A stretch of DNA of 64,000 nucleotides from Mobula hypostoma (Eukaryota): contig NC_086097.1 of assembly GCF_963921235.1 (NCBI RefSeq), forward strand, positions 39,620,001 through 39,684,000. The letters run 5' to 3'. The notes under the pieces are model-generated. The model was not told the origin of the DNA. It saw only the letters and a program-made list of their open reading frames with translations, and searched no databases. The position numbers were made by a program, and so were the translations under genes. Below, in pieces: positions 62,262-64,000 of the stretch (positions are counted from its first letter, which is position 1; each line of letters starts with the position of its first letter).

Positions 62262-62622
62262 GGACTTGCAAATTTCTACATTTGTACCATGGGGAATAAT
62301 TCTGACTGGTTGCATCACTGTCTGGTCTGGAGGGGCCACTATACAGGATCAGAAAAAGCTGCAGAAAGCTGTCATCTCAGCCAGCTCCATCATGGGCGCT
62401 AGCCTCCCCAGCATCCAGCACATCTTCAAAATCAAAGCCTCAAAAAGTCAGCATCCATCATTAAGAACCCCCATCGCCCAGGACATGCCCTCTTTTCATT
62501 GCTACCATTAAGGAGGAGGTACGGGAACCCAAAGACACACACTCAACATTTCAGGAAAGTTTCTTCCCCTCTGCCATCAGATTTCTGAATGGGCAATGAA
62601 CCTATGAACACTACCTCAGTAC
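62262..62622 (+). mobile_element. Rex1/Babar-like 3' fragment
   Basis: ILTGCITVW, KKLQKAV, similar to the reverse complement of 16200-16560. Confidence 0.8.
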
Positions 62623-63186
62623 ATTTCTGGCTTACTGGGACGCATAGGGACCAGTACATTTTGGGTAATTAAATGGCTGCCACAGGTAGTCAAAGTTTAA
62701 TAGAAGTGGTTTAAATGAGACAAACTACATTTAACTGAGTAATAAATTATGTATTTTAAATGAAATACAGAACAAGTTAGACTGCTACCAATATTACTAC
62801 AGTACTATATAGCCGTCTATTAGTTGCTAATAGTTATCGACAAAGGAATTCAAACAGTGTACTCTGCCATGTTCTTTTGATTGACCATAAATGAACAAAA
62901 TCAGTGCAGACGCCTAGTGAAGATAATGAGGACTGCCTTGATTGCCCTCCTGCATGAAGTAGTATTGAAAAATCACTGCCTTTTCATTCATTGTCAGTCA
63001 GCTCAGATGAATAACATAATACAAACGCAACTGATACTAACTAAAAACTGTTCGCTCAAAGGTCGGTGTAATGTCTAACGGCCACACAAGTGCACATGAC
63101 TGATGCCAGTTAGAAACTGTTCAGCAACAGTCTCTTGTCCCAATTAAGTGCAAGTGTCCCAAATAATTGAAGGAAATCCCGGCTAT
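62618..63186. mobile_element. Possible Tigger/pogo-like non-autonomous DNA transposon
   Basis: Imperfect inverted ends (TTACTGGGAC near 62632; GTCCCAATTAA and GTCCCAAATAA near 63138-63167) around an AT-rich interior. Confidence 0.35.
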
Positions 63187-63189
63187 GCA

Positions 63190-64000
63190 GTGAGGGCAGG
63201 GAATCTTCTGGAGTCAGATGGGGGAATTGCTGTTGCAACCTTCCATCGCTCTCGGGCAGCCAGCAGGTCTGCAAGACACTTCTCCTTTAAGTTGTCATGG
63301 GCAAGTCTTGCCAAGGGCCACCATCCAGTCCGGTCTGGTCTTGTGTACACTGTTCCAGCTGCTTTGGAGTGAGTCCAGCATATACAATTTGAACCTCTTT
63401 TGGTACTTGAACCTCATTTGAACCTCTTGTGAGGCCTACTTTGGTTCTTCTTGCCCAGAGACAGCACGCCATACAGCAGTTGTTTGAGGATTCTGGAGTC
63501 CTCCATGTGTATGACATGTCCTGTCCATTGAAAATGGGCTTTCAGGATCATGGCCTCAATGTTCGTGGTTCCACTCTGCCGAGGACTTCTAGGTTTGTGA
63601 CTTGGTCCTAGGATCAACCTCAGAAAATGAATATGGAAGCTGTCTGAGAGGTCTCCTGTTATCAGTCCATTTTTCACTGTTAAAGTAAAGGAGATTGCTC
63701 ATGATGACAGCATTGTACACCTTGAACTTTGTGGATAGACCGATGTTATGCTGGTTCAACATGTGCAAATGCTGGTGGCCAGGGTTCTGTCTGGCTTTGT
63801 AAATCCTGGCATTGATTTCCTTGTCCAGGGAGACATCACTAGATACGATGCTTCTGAGGTAGCTGAACTCATCTACCATATTCCGTCCTGCTCCCACAGT
63901 GGTGATGGAAGGAGGGGCAGCAGCAGATCCAGGACCAGAATGAAATAGGACTTCCATCCTTACCAGGCTGATGGTGGGGCTGAAGAGACGAGAAAGTTGT
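63190..64000 (-). mobile_element. RTE-clade LINE C-terminal region
   Basis: FSYLRSIVSSDVSLDKEINARIYKA, TKFKVYNAVIMSNLLY, WTGHVIHMEDSRILKQLLYG. Confidence 0.88.

Overview
Eukaryotic (vertebrate) intronic or intergenic DNA dominated by decayed transposable elements. The mix of abundant CR1 LINEs, Rex1/Babar LINEs, Penelope-like elements (PLEs) and HE1/V-SINE-like SINEs suggests a cartilaginous fish, probably a ray (inference, not a database match). I found no convincing host protein-coding exon, RNA gene or CRISPR array; almost all listed ORFs are broken retroelement reading frames or noise. Best-supported elements: (1) a full-length 1604-bp Tc1 transposon (4535-6138) with 214-bp IR/DR-type inverted repeats, a TA duplication and a DD34E transposase interrupted by one nonsense codon; (2) a young 5'-truncated PLE (RT plus GIY-YIG, 24926-26609, 13-bp TSD); (3) an internally deleted L1 (about 55566-58865); (4) Ty3/Gypsy LTR, gag and pol relics; (5) several multi-layer nested insertions. 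The most interesting signal is non-coding: the PLE terminal repeat carries a minimal hammerhead ribozyme motif (AGUC-CUGANGA-stem II-GAAA-CG-UC/GACU). It is intact at 46766-46801 (minus strand) inside a perfect 86-bp foldback mini-insertion, and recurs in degraded form in several short non-coding PLE-tail insertions. PLE hammerheads are a known class, so any novelty lies in this lineage and architecture, not in the concept. Boundaries of old fragments are approximate (tens of bp).
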